A stretch of 25,836 nt of DNA from Candidatus Omnitrophota bacterium (GTDB lineage: Bacteria > Ratteibacteria > UBA8468 > MWAK01), in the NCBI GenBank assembly GCA_043797665.1, contig JAZDPL010000001.1:1-25836 (forward strand), written 5' to 3'. Both the position numbers and the translations under genes were made by a program. Under the pieces are notes generated by a model, which had not been told where the DNA came from, did not search any database, and worked only from the letters and a program-made list of their open reading frames with translations. Below, in pieces: positions 9,101-17,122 of the stretch. Each line of letters opens with the position of its first letter. Within the stretch, counting starts at the first letter, position 1.

Positions 9101-9676
9101 CCCGGGGAAGTAATAGATAAAACTGCCGGTGGAAAATGTCCAGGCCTTCGGTTCTTTAATACTTGAACCGGCGGTAAACGGGACTCCAAAGACCTTCCAG
9201 CCGTCATCGGTTGGCAAATAGTAATCACCGTCTTTATAGAGGTCCGGGTCCAGGGTGCTGTGGGAAGAGAGTTTAAAGAGCAGTTTGTCCTTGTTGCCGG
9301 TCAGGTACTTTGTCTCCTTTTCCAGGACCTGGCCGGCGAGGCGGTACTGCTTGGAGGTTTTGATGCCCAGTTTCCGGTTGAGGCATTCAAAGGAGACCCG
9401 GTTCTTATCCACCTTCCTGGAGAGGACCGAGTCGTCTGCTTCGGTGGAGGTCTTGCCATCCAGGTCGTAGCGGTCCTCACTCCCGACCAGTACCCTGGCG
9501 CCGACGGCATCGGAGATACTTATCACCTGGCCGGTAGTATCCGAGAGAACTGCGGTCATCTCTTTGCCGTAAAGGGTGATGCTTCCGGCAAAGGATTCAA
9601 AAGGTGCGGCGGCCATGGCGATAAACAATATCAACAGCAAAAATAACGTTGCGCTCTTTATATCCCTCTCCTCCAA
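6185..9676 (-). CDS. Large secreted modular protein: putative glycoside-hydrolase-like catalytic core with a C-terminal CBM9-like sugar-binding domain
   Basis: 1163 aa; signal peptide KSATLFLLLILFIAMAAAPFESFA; GH-like YREYLLNQLSHYITDLGFDWIHIDSG; CBM9-like PPVIDG..DACW...VRLCYDDDNLY...HIFIDP...WMCEMKLPF...PKPGDIWG. Start codon uncertain. Confidence 0.7.
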   Translation of the reverse strand: MEERDIKSATLFLLLILFIAMAAAPFESFAGSITLYGKEMTAVLSDTTGQVISISDAVGARVLVGSEDRYDLDGKTSTEADDSVLSRKVDKNRVSFECLNRKLGIKTSKQYRLAGQVLEKETKYLTGNKDKLLFKLSSHSTLDPDLYKDGDYYLPTDDGWKVFGVPFTAGSSIKEPKAWTFSTGSFIYYFPGSDRVFTHYRYKVNGRYFYCDAHPSVESKLVPGGAITAIGLGFINDQTGLNLETRYALIGGDPFDYHRFIYSQPPYSDYRGRKVSTWFPKGRMFISDPGAGMVGLMKNRDGVLKDVADFMKLLKDDEYLLVFFNHWTVQGDFPYQGTFRYYTYTDTGYSQPVPIEELKENIRMLKAISPRIKVGGYATFTPTAGTPPYDDHKDWMLYDQEGKIQFGGDGTGLGGVPDFSSGYREYLLNQLSHYITDLGFDWIHIDSGVSEGINWKTKNVVQSYENAKFYDELGKIFEKNDAAIIQNVSGTDALWSHGSYMECQQPDRWEKKDWRTLAVPGSLGILYRTNRPGVWVNLCYGTRGIYGIRNGQTGMRGWIRNATNWWRDVSHSLAHEKVIDEMLEMTASDVSVYPSWWKLQTDKLEIEPMDKGEALVIPALLHGDTGGDQKISLNTADLKYKKGNYLFTFDSLLSSTEMVDVFKPIPWKVDYLRTISFGVVKNPPAKYTHTMEMEPLHNYYHTITQVPGWVYTFNGERTSFLLPENKGVKITGFLPADAPFYNLSVQNSNNTAQVLAYVPQDWKGVKTEINGRQAKVALTEILNNKFILLDLTKGKSAVRISDAKPNFAELPKAAYANPGSDYWTETSHRLFYHNLDHRAYQEDGKSCLALKEISPGGGSIDAYMTQKEEAGGFSIKVKGEKSGGKAIVRLAAGDNWTYEIKDAFAGWKEFNVYKDQMTPSTTVKKWDATTYMGLIFYPAGGKEMNIADIHLLSAREGDIVKIKELKRKLTVCRTKTPPVIDGYGNDACWKNCEVATDFFLYGKDALAGSKALVRLCYDDDNLYMLFDNLEPIINLEDAKVPEAKVWLSDHCHIFIDPYRDMTNYYEIGIDTAGTVADIKNSETGWDMKWNGEYEVKTGLNYNVGWMCEMKLPFNNFGKKPKPGDIWGVTFMRADITGEASVWTNGAWNDPAGFGDMVFSGEVK

Positions 9677-9693
9677 TCATTGAAGTTTTGCTG

Positions 9694-10767
9694 TTAAAGA
9701 ATCTTCTTGAGGTGCTCCATGTAATAGAGATAATTCTTAAAGGGTACGTCCGGCGGCATGGAGTGGTCCAGCCCGGGGACATAGCCCCCTTCTTCCACCA
9801 GGGGCCGGACGCGGCGCAGTTCGGCGTCAATGGCGGCCGGGCCCTCGGCCAGGGCGTGTTTGTTAATCCCGAACCAGAGGCGCAGGTTGCGGCCGAACTG
9901 GCGCCGGACCTTGACTACGTCCATTCCGCACTGCGCTTCAAAGGGGTACAGAATGTTTATACCCGCATCCATCCAGAGGGGGATAAGAGAAGTCATGTTG
10001 CCGTCGCTGTCCAGAGAGATTAGTTTAACCCCGCGGGAGTTGAGGAACTCAACCACCCGGCGGTATCTGGGCAAGGCGAACCTGCGGAACATCTCCGGGC
10101 TGACCAGCGGCCCGTGTTTGTAAGCCATGTCTTCCCAGAAACTGTAGGAGTCCACATCGGTATGTTCCAGAATCTTACTCATCATGGCGATGATGAAATC
10201 CGCGGTGGCGTCCATCATCTCTTCCACGAAAGCCGGGTCTTCATAAAAAAGGAGGCAGAGCCGCTCCACACCAACCAGCGCCCGAAGACCTCCGAAAAAC
10301 CCGCCCCACCGGTCGGAAATGACAATCAGAGGGAAAGTGCGGTTGCGATAGGCGGATAGATTTCCGGCGTAATCCGCTCCTATGCGCGCGGCCAAATCCG
10401 GCTGCATCCGTTCCTTGTAGAAGCGCCGGAACTCCTCGCGCGTCTCCACCGGAAACTTCACGAATTGGGGCATGGAAGACATCGGTCTGTCCTTCCGTTC
10501 TCGTATCGTGATGCCTTCGTGATTAATGAAAAGCACCGTTTCCGCGTCTTCGGAGAGTATCTTCTTTTCGAAGGGCGGATTGGGAAAGAACCAGCCGCTC
10601 TGCCAATCCCAGCGGTCAATATCAAACCGGGGCGGGTTATCCGGGTCGTAACCCTCGGTCTTCCAGCGTTCAATCGTCTCCGGCCAGGTGCCGGTCCAGA
10701 CACCGTAGACGCACCGGTCAGACGGCTTGTAGTTCATCACGTTAAGAAACCGCTCCCGGTCATTCAT
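9694..10767 (-). CDS. URO-D superfamily protein (subtype A)
   Basis: Start moved from 10857 to ATG 10767 (MNDRERF aligns with paralogs, SD AAGGAG, ATGA overlap with the upstream stop); WEDMAYKHGPLVSP, DSDG, GGYVPGLDHSMPPDV. Confidence 0.87.
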   Translation of the reverse strand: MNDRERFLNVMNYKPSDRCVYGVWTGTWPETIERWKTEGYDPDNPPRFDIDRWDWQSGWFFPNPPFEKKILSEDAETVLFINHEGITIRERKDRPMSSMPQFVKFPVETREEFRRFYKERMQPDLAARIGADYAGNLSAYRNRTFPLIVISDRWGGFFGGLRALVGVERLCLLFYEDPAFVEEMMDATADFIIAMMSKILEHTDVDSYSFWEDMAYKHGPLVSPEMFRRFALPRYRRVVEFLNSRGVKLISLDSDGNMTSLIPLWMDAGINILYPFEAQCGMDVVKVRRQFGRNLRLWFGINKHALAEGPAAIDAELRRVRPLVEEGGYVPGLDHSMPPDVPFKNYLYYMEHLKKIL

Positions 10768-12392
10768 CTTTTTGTCTCCTTGCTGCGTTCCAGCACCAGG
10801 ACCCAGTCCTGGCAAATGGGGTGCCGCTGGGCTGAAGACAGTTTTTGTATATCCCAACTGCCGTTCTCATCCGGTGTGACCGGACCGATTTCATGTTCCG
10901 TGCCGTCAACCGGGTTAAAAAGAAACGCATGATAACGGATATCTTTCTCGATATCCTTGACATATTTTATAACACCCGCCCCGGCTAGGGGAATAAAGAC
11001 GATGCGTATTTCTCCGGGAATGCCGGCACAGTGCGCCGCGTACAGCTCTTCATTGCTCCAGCGCGGCTCAACCCATTCCGGATGCGGTTCAAAACGCCAC
11101 CACGGATACCTTTCCAGAAACCGTTTTGCCAGGGAGAGATTGGCTGAGCCCGGCAGTTGAAATGCATCTTCCCAGGGCGTGTTTCCCCAGGCCATGCCGT
11201 GCGGTGACGGGCCGTAAGGTTTTTCCCGGGTATTCACCTGCCAGATGCCGTTGGCACCGTACGTGTGTCCGGCGGCGCCATTCAGAATACAGGACCAGAA
11301 CATCATCCGCTGGACCTCCTGTCGGCATGCTTCGCCGATGCCTTCGTAACAGACCTCGCTGTCTATTACCGGCATCTTTGGTTCCCGACCATATGCCTCG
11401 GCCACGGTCGACACGGTGGCAGGCAAACTTTGTCTGTCTCCATGACCGGTTTGGAGCATGTCAAAATCCAGCACCGCCGGGTCTTCCACCTGGTCCCGGC
11501 CTTTCCGGGTCGGGTGGATCGTAATCAGGTTGTGGTAAGGGTCAACCCCGCGGACGTATCTGCCTATTTCGGTCCAGCCCTTCTTCTGAAACTGACTGTC
11601 TTTTTCCTTGGTCTCGGAAAGATAGTAGGGCATTACGCCTTCACCGGCCAGGCACCAGACAACCGGGTAGACGCCGTATCGCGCCACCAGGTTGCGCCAG
11701 TGTCTCTTCATCTTCTCTATACCCATCCAGGGCAGAAAATAACCCCAGCAGCCGACGATGCAGGGCGTCAGGCCGGAACGCACGAGCCAGTTTATGCGCA
11801 GGTCGGCCATGTCAAAATACGCCGGATTGATACGGGCATAATCCTTCTCCCAGGGGAACCCGGCTTCATTTGCTCCGCGCTCGTCAAATGCCGGCATGTC
11901 CGGATAAAGACCGGCGATAATCTGGATAACCGAAAACCCTTTCGCTGCCCGGTCAGCGGCCAGGAGCTGAAAATCGCCGGGCCAGCCCAGCCGTTTGCAC
12001 AATTCCATCCACCAGGTATCGCCTAACCAGAAAAACGGAGTACCGTCGGCGTGTTCCAGAAAGCGCTTATTCTGCGACACCTGCAGGCGGCCGCGCCGGT
12101 AGAGAGGATTATTACCTTCGTACGTGGTAACCTCTAATACGCCTTTTTGACCATGGAGACCGGCATCCTGCTTATCAGAACAGACGCTGCGCCAGGTGCA
12201 CCGGCCCGGCTCAGAGGCGGCAAACCGGACCCGGAATTCATTGCCGCCGGCCCAAAACGCCGGAACCTGCCATTCATGGCCGCCGGTTCCGGTGAAGATA
12301 ACGTCCACCTCAATTTCGTTAAAGATGTCGCGATGTTTCTTCCCTGCGGTCAACGGAAATTCCGCCGGCACATTAGTCTGTCCGTAAAGCAT
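10764..12392 (-). CDS. DUF5060/DUF4038-type protein (apiosidase/GH140-like putative glycoside hydrolase), no signal peptide
   Basis: 542 aa; VPAFWAGGNEFRVRFA, HADGTPFFWLGDTWW, INPAYFDMAD, WCLAGE, LITIHP, LDFDMLQTGH, PVIDSEVCYEG, AGHTYGANGIWQ; SD AAGGAG. Confidence 0.82.
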   Translation of the reverse strand: MLYGQTNVPAEFPLTAGKKHRDIFNEIEVDVIFTGTGGHEWQVPAFWAGGNEFRVRFAASEPGRCTWRSVCSDKQDAGLHGQKGVLEVTTYEGNNPLYRRGRLQVSQNKRFLEHADGTPFFWLGDTWWMELCKRLGWPGDFQLLAADRAAKGFSVIQIIAGLYPDMPAFDERGANEAGFPWEKDYARINPAYFDMADLRINWLVRSGLTPCIVGCWGYFLPWMGIEKMKRHWRNLVARYGVYPVVWCLAGEGVMPYYLSETKEKDSQFQKKGWTEIGRYVRGVDPYHNLITIHPTRKGRDQVEDPAVLDFDMLQTGHGDRQSLPATVSTVAEAYGREPKMPVIDSEVCYEGIGEACRQEVQRMMFWSCILNGAAGHTYGANGIWQVNTREKPYGPSPHGMAWGNTPWEDAFQLPGSANLSLAKRFLERYPWWRFEPHPEWVEPRWSNEELYAAHCAGIPGEIRIVFIPLAGAGVIKYVKDIEKDIRYHAFLFNPVDGTEHEIGPVTPDENGSWDIQKLSSAQRHPICQDWVLVLERSKETKR

Positions 12393-12409
12393 GCTGTCTC
12401 CTTTTCAAA

Positions 12410-12433
12410 GCGACCCTGAAAGGGTCGCACTAC
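12410..12433 (-). repeat. Single GTAG-type REP-like hairpin of a different sequence class
   Basis: Minus strand GTAG-T-GCGACCCT-TTC-AGGGTCGC: perfect 8-bp stem preceded by GTAG, 9 bp from the double-hairpin element. Confidence 0.7.
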
Positions 12434-12442
12434 GTTCAAATC

Positions 12443-12492
12443 GTAGGGGTCGGATTCATCCGACCCGCGGGCGCGATAAATCGCGCCCCTAC
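12443..12492. repeat. GTAG-family REP-like double-hairpin element, copy 2
   Basis: GTAG-GGGTCGGAT-TC-ATCCGACCC-GC-GGGCGCGAT-AA-ATCGCGCCC-CTAC; immediately downstream of the mutarotase stop; 46/50 identical to 2904-2953. Confidence 0.88.
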
Positions 12493-12493
12493 G

Positions 12494-12811
12494 TTATTCC
12501 AGGTAGAAAATATGCTCCAGCCATTCCGGTCCGCCTTTTTCAAGGTCGCCGGAACCGGATTCAAAGTATGGCGCCATAAACTCCTGCCATTTCCGGTTGA
12601 TTTCGGTTTCGCCGAGTTTTCGCAGGGATTCTTCCGGGTCTTCGGATTCGAAATAACCGACGAGCAGACCGTCCGGACGCAGGAACATGGAATAATTCCT
12701 GATTCCCGTCTCGCGGATTGCCTGCCGCATTTCCGGCCATACACGGTGGTTCTTCTTGTACTCTTCCACCATCCCTTTCTTAAGCCGCAACAAAAAACAG
12801 ACTCGTTTCAT
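12494..12811 (-). CDS. rhaM: L-rhamnose mutarotase family protein
   Basis: 105 aa; RVCFLLRLK, EEYKKNHRVWPEM, GIRNYSMF, LVGYFE, KWQEFM, LEHIFYLE; SD AAGGAG. Confidence 0.88.
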   Translation of the reverse strand: MKRVCFLLRLKKGMVEEYKKNHRVWPEMRQAIRETGIRNYSMFLRPDGLLVGYFESEDPEESLRKLGETEINRKWQEFMAPYFESGSGDLEKGGPEWLEHIFYLE

Positions 12812-12824
12812 TATTGATTCTCCT

Positions 12825-13943
12825 TTAAAACTCCCCCTTGAGCAACCGGCTCTTCAGTTCAAGGTAGTAAAGGAAGTTTTCGTAGGAGATTTCCGGAGGG
12901 AAAGTGTGGTCAAGGTGGGGGATGAACCCTCCTTTTTCAAAAAGCGGGGGAATCTTGGCGTACAATTCCCGTTCAATGGCTTTCTTGTCTTTTGACAGTT
13001 CAATCTTATCGATACCTCCGGCTAAAACCAGGTCCCTGCCGAACTTTTTTCGCAGACGCATCGGGTCCATTCCGGACGCCTGTTCCAGGGGCCAGAAGCA
13101 GGTTATGCCTGCTTCAAGCATCAGGGGTATCAGTACCTCCGGGTCTCCGTCGGAGTCAAGCCAGAAGTGTTTAATGCCTGCCTTCCGGAACCGGTCGATA
13201 ACGCGCCGGTAGCGGGGCAGGAAAAACTTCTTGAAAATCTGGGGCGAAATGAGCGGGCCTCCTTTTCCGGCGAAATCCTCGAAGAAGTTGAAGTAGTCAA
13301 AGTTTACTTCATTGAGGGCTTTCTCTGTTGTTTGAAGCAGAAAGTCCACGTTAAAGTCCATCATCTCTTCCACGAAAGCCGGGTCGTCGTAGAAAAGATA
13401 GGATATTTCCTCGGTCCCCACCCAGCTGCGTAATTGGGAATAGAGTCCGAAGGTACCGTTTCCGAGCAGGCACAAGGGTTCGGGTCTGTCTTTCCACGCC
13501 CGCACTTCTCTGTCCCACCAAACCGGATACCGGATGATAGAATCGGGGTTATACCTTTTCTTGATTTCCAGGAAACTTTTACGGTCGGTTACCGGATGGG
13601 AAATAAACTGGTCCATGCACATCCTTCCGCCGTGGACGGTACCTTCCTTCAGGGCTTTGGTGACGATTCCGCTGACCCCGCGCGCCACTATGTACCGTTC
13701 GTCCTCTTCAAGTACTTCGTACTCAAATGCCGGGACCACGCCGACATTTATGTGTGCGAAGTCCCTGGGCTCAAGTTTGAAATAAGGATCTCCTTCAAAC
13801 CAGTTAAGGTAAGCCATATCCTGAGGCATACCTTCTTTTATCCATCGCTCAACTGCCTGCGGCCAGGCAGCCAGTTCATAATTGGGCAATTGGTCCGGCT
13901 GTTCAAAATCCATAACCTTGAGAAAACGTTCTCTTCCTGTCAT
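12825..13943 (-). CDS. URO-D superfamily protein (subtype B)
   Basis: 372 aa; MTGRERF, GTVHGGRMCMDQF, FEDFAGKGGPLISP, DSDG, GGIDK, GGFIPHLDHTFPPEI. Confidence 0.87.
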   Translation of the reverse strand: MTGRERFLKVMDFEQPDQLPNYELAAWPQAVERWIKEGMPQDMAYLNWFEGDPYFKLEPRDFAHINVGVVPAFEYEVLEEDERYIVARGVSGIVTKALKEGTVHGGRMCMDQFISHPVTDRKSFLEIKKRYNPDSIIRYPVWWDREVRAWKDRPEPLCLLGNGTFGLYSQLRSWVGTEEISYLFYDDPAFVEEMMDFNVDFLLQTTEKALNEVNFDYFNFFEDFAGKGGPLISPQIFKKFFLPRYRRVIDRFRKAGIKHFWLDSDGDPEVLIPLMLEAGITCFWPLEQASGMDPMRLRKKFGRDLVLAGGIDKIELSKDKKAIERELYAKIPPLFEKGGFIPHLDHTFPPEISYENFLYYLELKSRLLKGEF

Positions 13944-13954
13944 GGGGTTCCTTT

Positions 13955-16027
13955 CTACCGATTAATAAGTTTTTGTCTTAGGATTAAAGAATCCAGTTTT
14001 TTTCCGGAAACCAGAGAAGCAAAGCGCCCGGCATTCATTTCAATCCGTTTGAGCGCTTCCGGGGTAAACAGGGCAACCCAGTCTTTTGGGATTGAACCTG
14101 CGCCGTGAAGAGTTCCGGCAAGCATAGCCGCCCGACCGGCGATGGTATCGGCATCCCTGCCGATATTGGTCCCGCCGATGGCTGCCTGCCTGACGTCCCC
14201 TTTGGAAATAACCAGCATCGCCAGGGACAGGCCGAACAACTCCAAGGGGTCTATCATGTGGTAAAAGAGGCATTTCTTGTAGAGTTCAGCTCGGGCGGCA
14301 AAGACGTCCGTGTACCCGGCTGCTATGTCCAGGCATGTCTCCAGGTACTGGTGGACGTTATTAAACTTTCTTCTGTCGAAAGTTCTCAGGGGTTTTCTTG
14401 GCGCCAGAGAAAGGACTGCGTCACACACACTGCGTACGGTTGCTTCCGGTTTCATCGCCTCCGCGGTCGCAGCAGCCAGGAGGGCGGCGGCGGTCACGTC
14501 AAGGCCGCGCTGGTACATGTAGGAAATAGCGGTGGCATCAATCACCGCGTATCCGGGGTCACAGGCATGGTAGATGCCGACCGGCTCCATGCACATGACC
14601 GTGGAGCCGGTCACCTGAATCCAGTGTCCGGTAATTCTGGTATCCCAGCCGGCGCAAATCAGGTCATAGGCGTTTCCCATGCAGTGCGGAAAGAAATGGT
14701 CCCGGTTCAGATATTCTTTCCAACGCTGGCCGAACTGGCGAGCCATCACCGGGTTACCGTCGGCTTTCAGGTAGGTTTCCACCAAGTGCATTGCCATCTG
14801 ATTATCGTCTTCTCCTTCCAGCCGTTCCGGGTTCAAGACTGTCTTAATGCCGCCGGGGTGTTTTTGGTCTATTTCCCAATAGAACATGCCTTCGGTGGCA
14901 GACCCCATGGCGTTGCCGATGGCTCCGGCCAGGATGCACCCGTGAATCTTGTCTTCCAGCAGAGAGACTTTGTTTTGTTTGGTTTCCTGCAGGGAGCGGA
15001 TTTCCGTAATAATCTCTTTTTCCCCGGATATTCTCTTCCTGGCAACCTCTGCCATTGGAAACCACGGTTCGGCAATCGGCTCGGCCCATTCCAGCCATTC
15101 CCCGGGGAAAATATCTTTTCCGTAAAGAGCACCGGAAATCGCACCGGCAATAACCGGAGAAACTATGGCGTTTCCGCCTGGATTCAGAAGAAGCGCCATA
15201 ATCTTTTGCGGTTCTTGGGCGTATTTTTCCAGTAAGGGAAGAACGTAATAGATCGGGTTGAAAGCGGTCCAGTTGGTCTTTCTTTCCGTGACAACCTTCC
15301 CGCCAAAATGATACCACCAAGCAAGAAATTCTTCTTCCGACCGGGATTTGAAATACCGCCTGCTATCTCCAATCAGGGGGTTTATCTGGTAGCATAAATC
15401 CTTATTGTTTTGAAAAGCGATTTTGAGGACAGAATCAACAATCTTTTCCGGATTTGCCCCGGGAGCGAAAGCCGCGGAAATTGCCACTGCACAGAGCGCG
15501 GCCCAATCCGCACCGACTCTTGGCTGGCAGACCGAGGCGATTTCCACTCCGTCAAGATAGGCATACTCCGGGTCGGCAAAATGGTAAATGCCCACCGCAG
15601 GCATTGCCGTACCGATAAGACCACAGGGAGCATTTCCCAGGCCGCTCAACCTCGGGTGCATACCCTCACGGAGAATCTCCTGAACCGTATGGATGCCATC
15701 CCAGGCGAAAACAGGTCCGGAAAGTTTCGGGTCATCTTTAAACAAATCAGCAAAATCTTCCGGGGTAACCCGTCCCTTCTTCTTGAGATAGGCCTGAATG
15801 CCCAGGTCAATAAATGGGGTTACCGACCGCCAGAAAACACGGTTTTTCTCCTCTTTATAACCAGAAACCCTTTCCAAACGAACGCTGAATATCTCTTCCG
15901 GTTTTTTGGCTTCAAACCTCTCCGGCTGGACAGTTTTTGCAAATCCCAATTCAGCACCAATTACACTGCCAACCAGACACCCCTGTATCTTTTCTTCCAG
16001 TTTCACAGACTCCCCCTTTCTCACCAC
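13955..16027 (-). CDS. ADP-ribosylglycohydrolase family protein with two tandem domains
   Basis: 690 aa; two repeats starting KIQGCLVGSVIGAELG and KIHGCILAGAIGNAMG; second domain has EGEDDNQM and GRDADTIAG. True start may be GTG 16006 behind AGGGGGAG. Confidence 0.85.
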   Translation of the reverse strand: MVRKGESVKLEEKIQGCLVGSVIGAELGFAKTVQPERFEAKKPEEIFSVRLERVSGYKEEKNRVFWRSVTPFIDLGIQAYLKKKGRVTPEDFADLFKDDPKLSGPVFAWDGIHTVQEILREGMHPRLSGLGNAPCGLIGTAMPAVGIYHFADPEYAYLDGVEIASVCQPRVGADWAALCAVAISAAFAPGANPEKIVDSVLKIAFQNNKDLCYQINPLIGDSRRYFKSRSEEEFLAWWYHFGGKVVTERKTNWTAFNPIYYVLPLLEKYAQEPQKIMALLLNPGGNAIVSPVIAGAISGALYGKDIFPGEWLEWAEPIAEPWFPMAEVARKRISGEKEIITEIRSLQETKQNKVSLLEDKIHGCILAGAIGNAMGSATEGMFYWEIDQKHPGGIKTVLNPERLEGEDDNQMAMHLVETYLKADGNPVMARQFGQRWKEYLNRDHFFPHCMGNAYDLICAGWDTRITGHWIQVTGSTVMCMEPVGIYHACDPGYAVIDATAISYMYQRGLDVTAAALLAAATAEAMKPEATVRSVCDAVLSLAPRKPLRTFDRRKFNNVHQYLETCLDIAAGYTDVFAARAELYKKCLFYHMIDPLELFGLSLAMLVISKGDVRQAAIGGTNIGRDADTIAGRAAMLAGTLHGAGSIPKDWVALFTPEALKRIEMNAGRFASLVSGKKLDSLILRQKLINR

Positions 16028-17100
16028 CTAATTATCTTCCACAATTGCTCCATATAGTAACAGTAATTGGCAAATGGGACATCGGGCGGTATGCTGTGGT
16101 CAAGTCCGGGTACATAACCGCCCTCCTGAACCAGGGGCCGGATACGTCTAAGTTCGGCGTCTATGGCCGGGGGTCCCTGTGCCAGAACGCGTTTGTCTAT
16201 GCCAAACCAGATCCGTAAGTCCCGACCGTACTTGCGCCGGACCTCCCGCACATCCATACCGCTCTGCGCTTCAAAGGGATAGAGAATATTAATGCCGGCA
16301 TCAAGCCACACCGGAATCAGCGGCCAGATATTACCATCGCTGTCCAGCGTAACGAATGGAACACCTCGTGAACGTATGAAATCTACCACGCGCTTATACC
16401 TGGGCAGGGCATACTTCCGGAACATCTCGGGGCTGATGAGCGGTCCGGTCTTATAAGCCATATCTTCCCAGAATCCATAGACATCTACATCCGTGTAATC
16501 CAGAATCTTTCCCATCATGGCAATGATAAAGTCCGCAACCCCATCCATCATTTCCTCAACAAAGGCCGGCTCGTCGTAGAAAAGAGTGCAAAGTTTTTCC
16601 ACGCCGACCATAGCCCGCAAGCCGCCGAAGAAACCTCCCCAGCGGTCAGAGATGACGATGAGCGGGAAGTCCCGATTCCGATAAGCGGCAAGTTTTTCAG
16701 CATAGTTCTCGCCTATCCGGCTGGCAAGGTCCGTCTGCATTCGTTCCTGATAAAACTTCCGGAACTCCGTCCGGTTCTCTATCGGAAACCGCACGAACTG
16801 GGGCATTGAAGAGAAAGGGTTGCCTTTGCGTTCTCGCATCAGAATGCCCTCGTAGTTGACATATAAAATGGTCTCTTTATTTTCCTCAATAATCTTCCGC
16901 TCAAAGACCGGATTAGGAAAAAACCAGCCACCCTGCCATTCCCAGAGGTCTTTTTTGAAGAGCGGCTCCTGGGATGGGTCATATCCTTCTTTCTTCCACC
17001 GTTCAATAGTTTCAGGCCAGGCACCGGTCCAGACACCATAGACACACCGGTCCACCGGTTTATAATTCATTACCTTTAAGAACCGCTCCCGGTCAGTCAT
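16021..17100 (-). CDS. URO-D superfamily protein (subtype A), close paralog of 9694-10767
   Basis: Start placed at ATG 17100 (MTDRERF; track start 17130). Shares DRCVYGVWTG, WPETIERWK, SSMPQFV, FPLIVISDRWGGFFGGLRA and GGYVPGLDHS with 9694-10767. Confidence 0.87.
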   Translation of the reverse strand: MTDRERFLKVMNYKPVDRCVYGVWTGAWPETIERWKKEGYDPSQEPLFKKDLWEWQGGWFFPNPVFERKIIEENKETILYVNYEGILMRERKGNPFSSMPQFVRFPIENRTEFRKFYQERMQTDLASRIGENYAEKLAAYRNRDFPLIVISDRWGGFFGGLRAMVGVEKLCTLFYDEPAFVEEMMDGVADFIIAMMGKILDYTDVDVYGFWEDMAYKTGPLISPEMFRKYALPRYKRVVDFIRSRGVPFVTLDSDGNIWPLIPVWLDAGINILYPFEAQSGMDVREVRRKYGRDLRIWFGIDKRVLAQGPPAIDAELRRIRPLVQEGGYVPGLDHSIPPDVPFANYCYYMEQLWKIIRW

Positions 17101-17122
17101 TTTAAGCCTTTTTACTCTTTTT

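Noticed and set aside
10768..10857. N-terminal extension of the URO-D ORF given in the track (similar cases at 18251-18289 and 22491-22511)
   Set aside because: They overlap the upstream gene; paralog alignment or SD position supports the later starts.
12436..12744. 102-aa minus-strand ORF ending VGARFIAPAGRMNPTPT
   Set aside because: Alternate frame over the mutarotase; its tail is simply the translated REP-like element.
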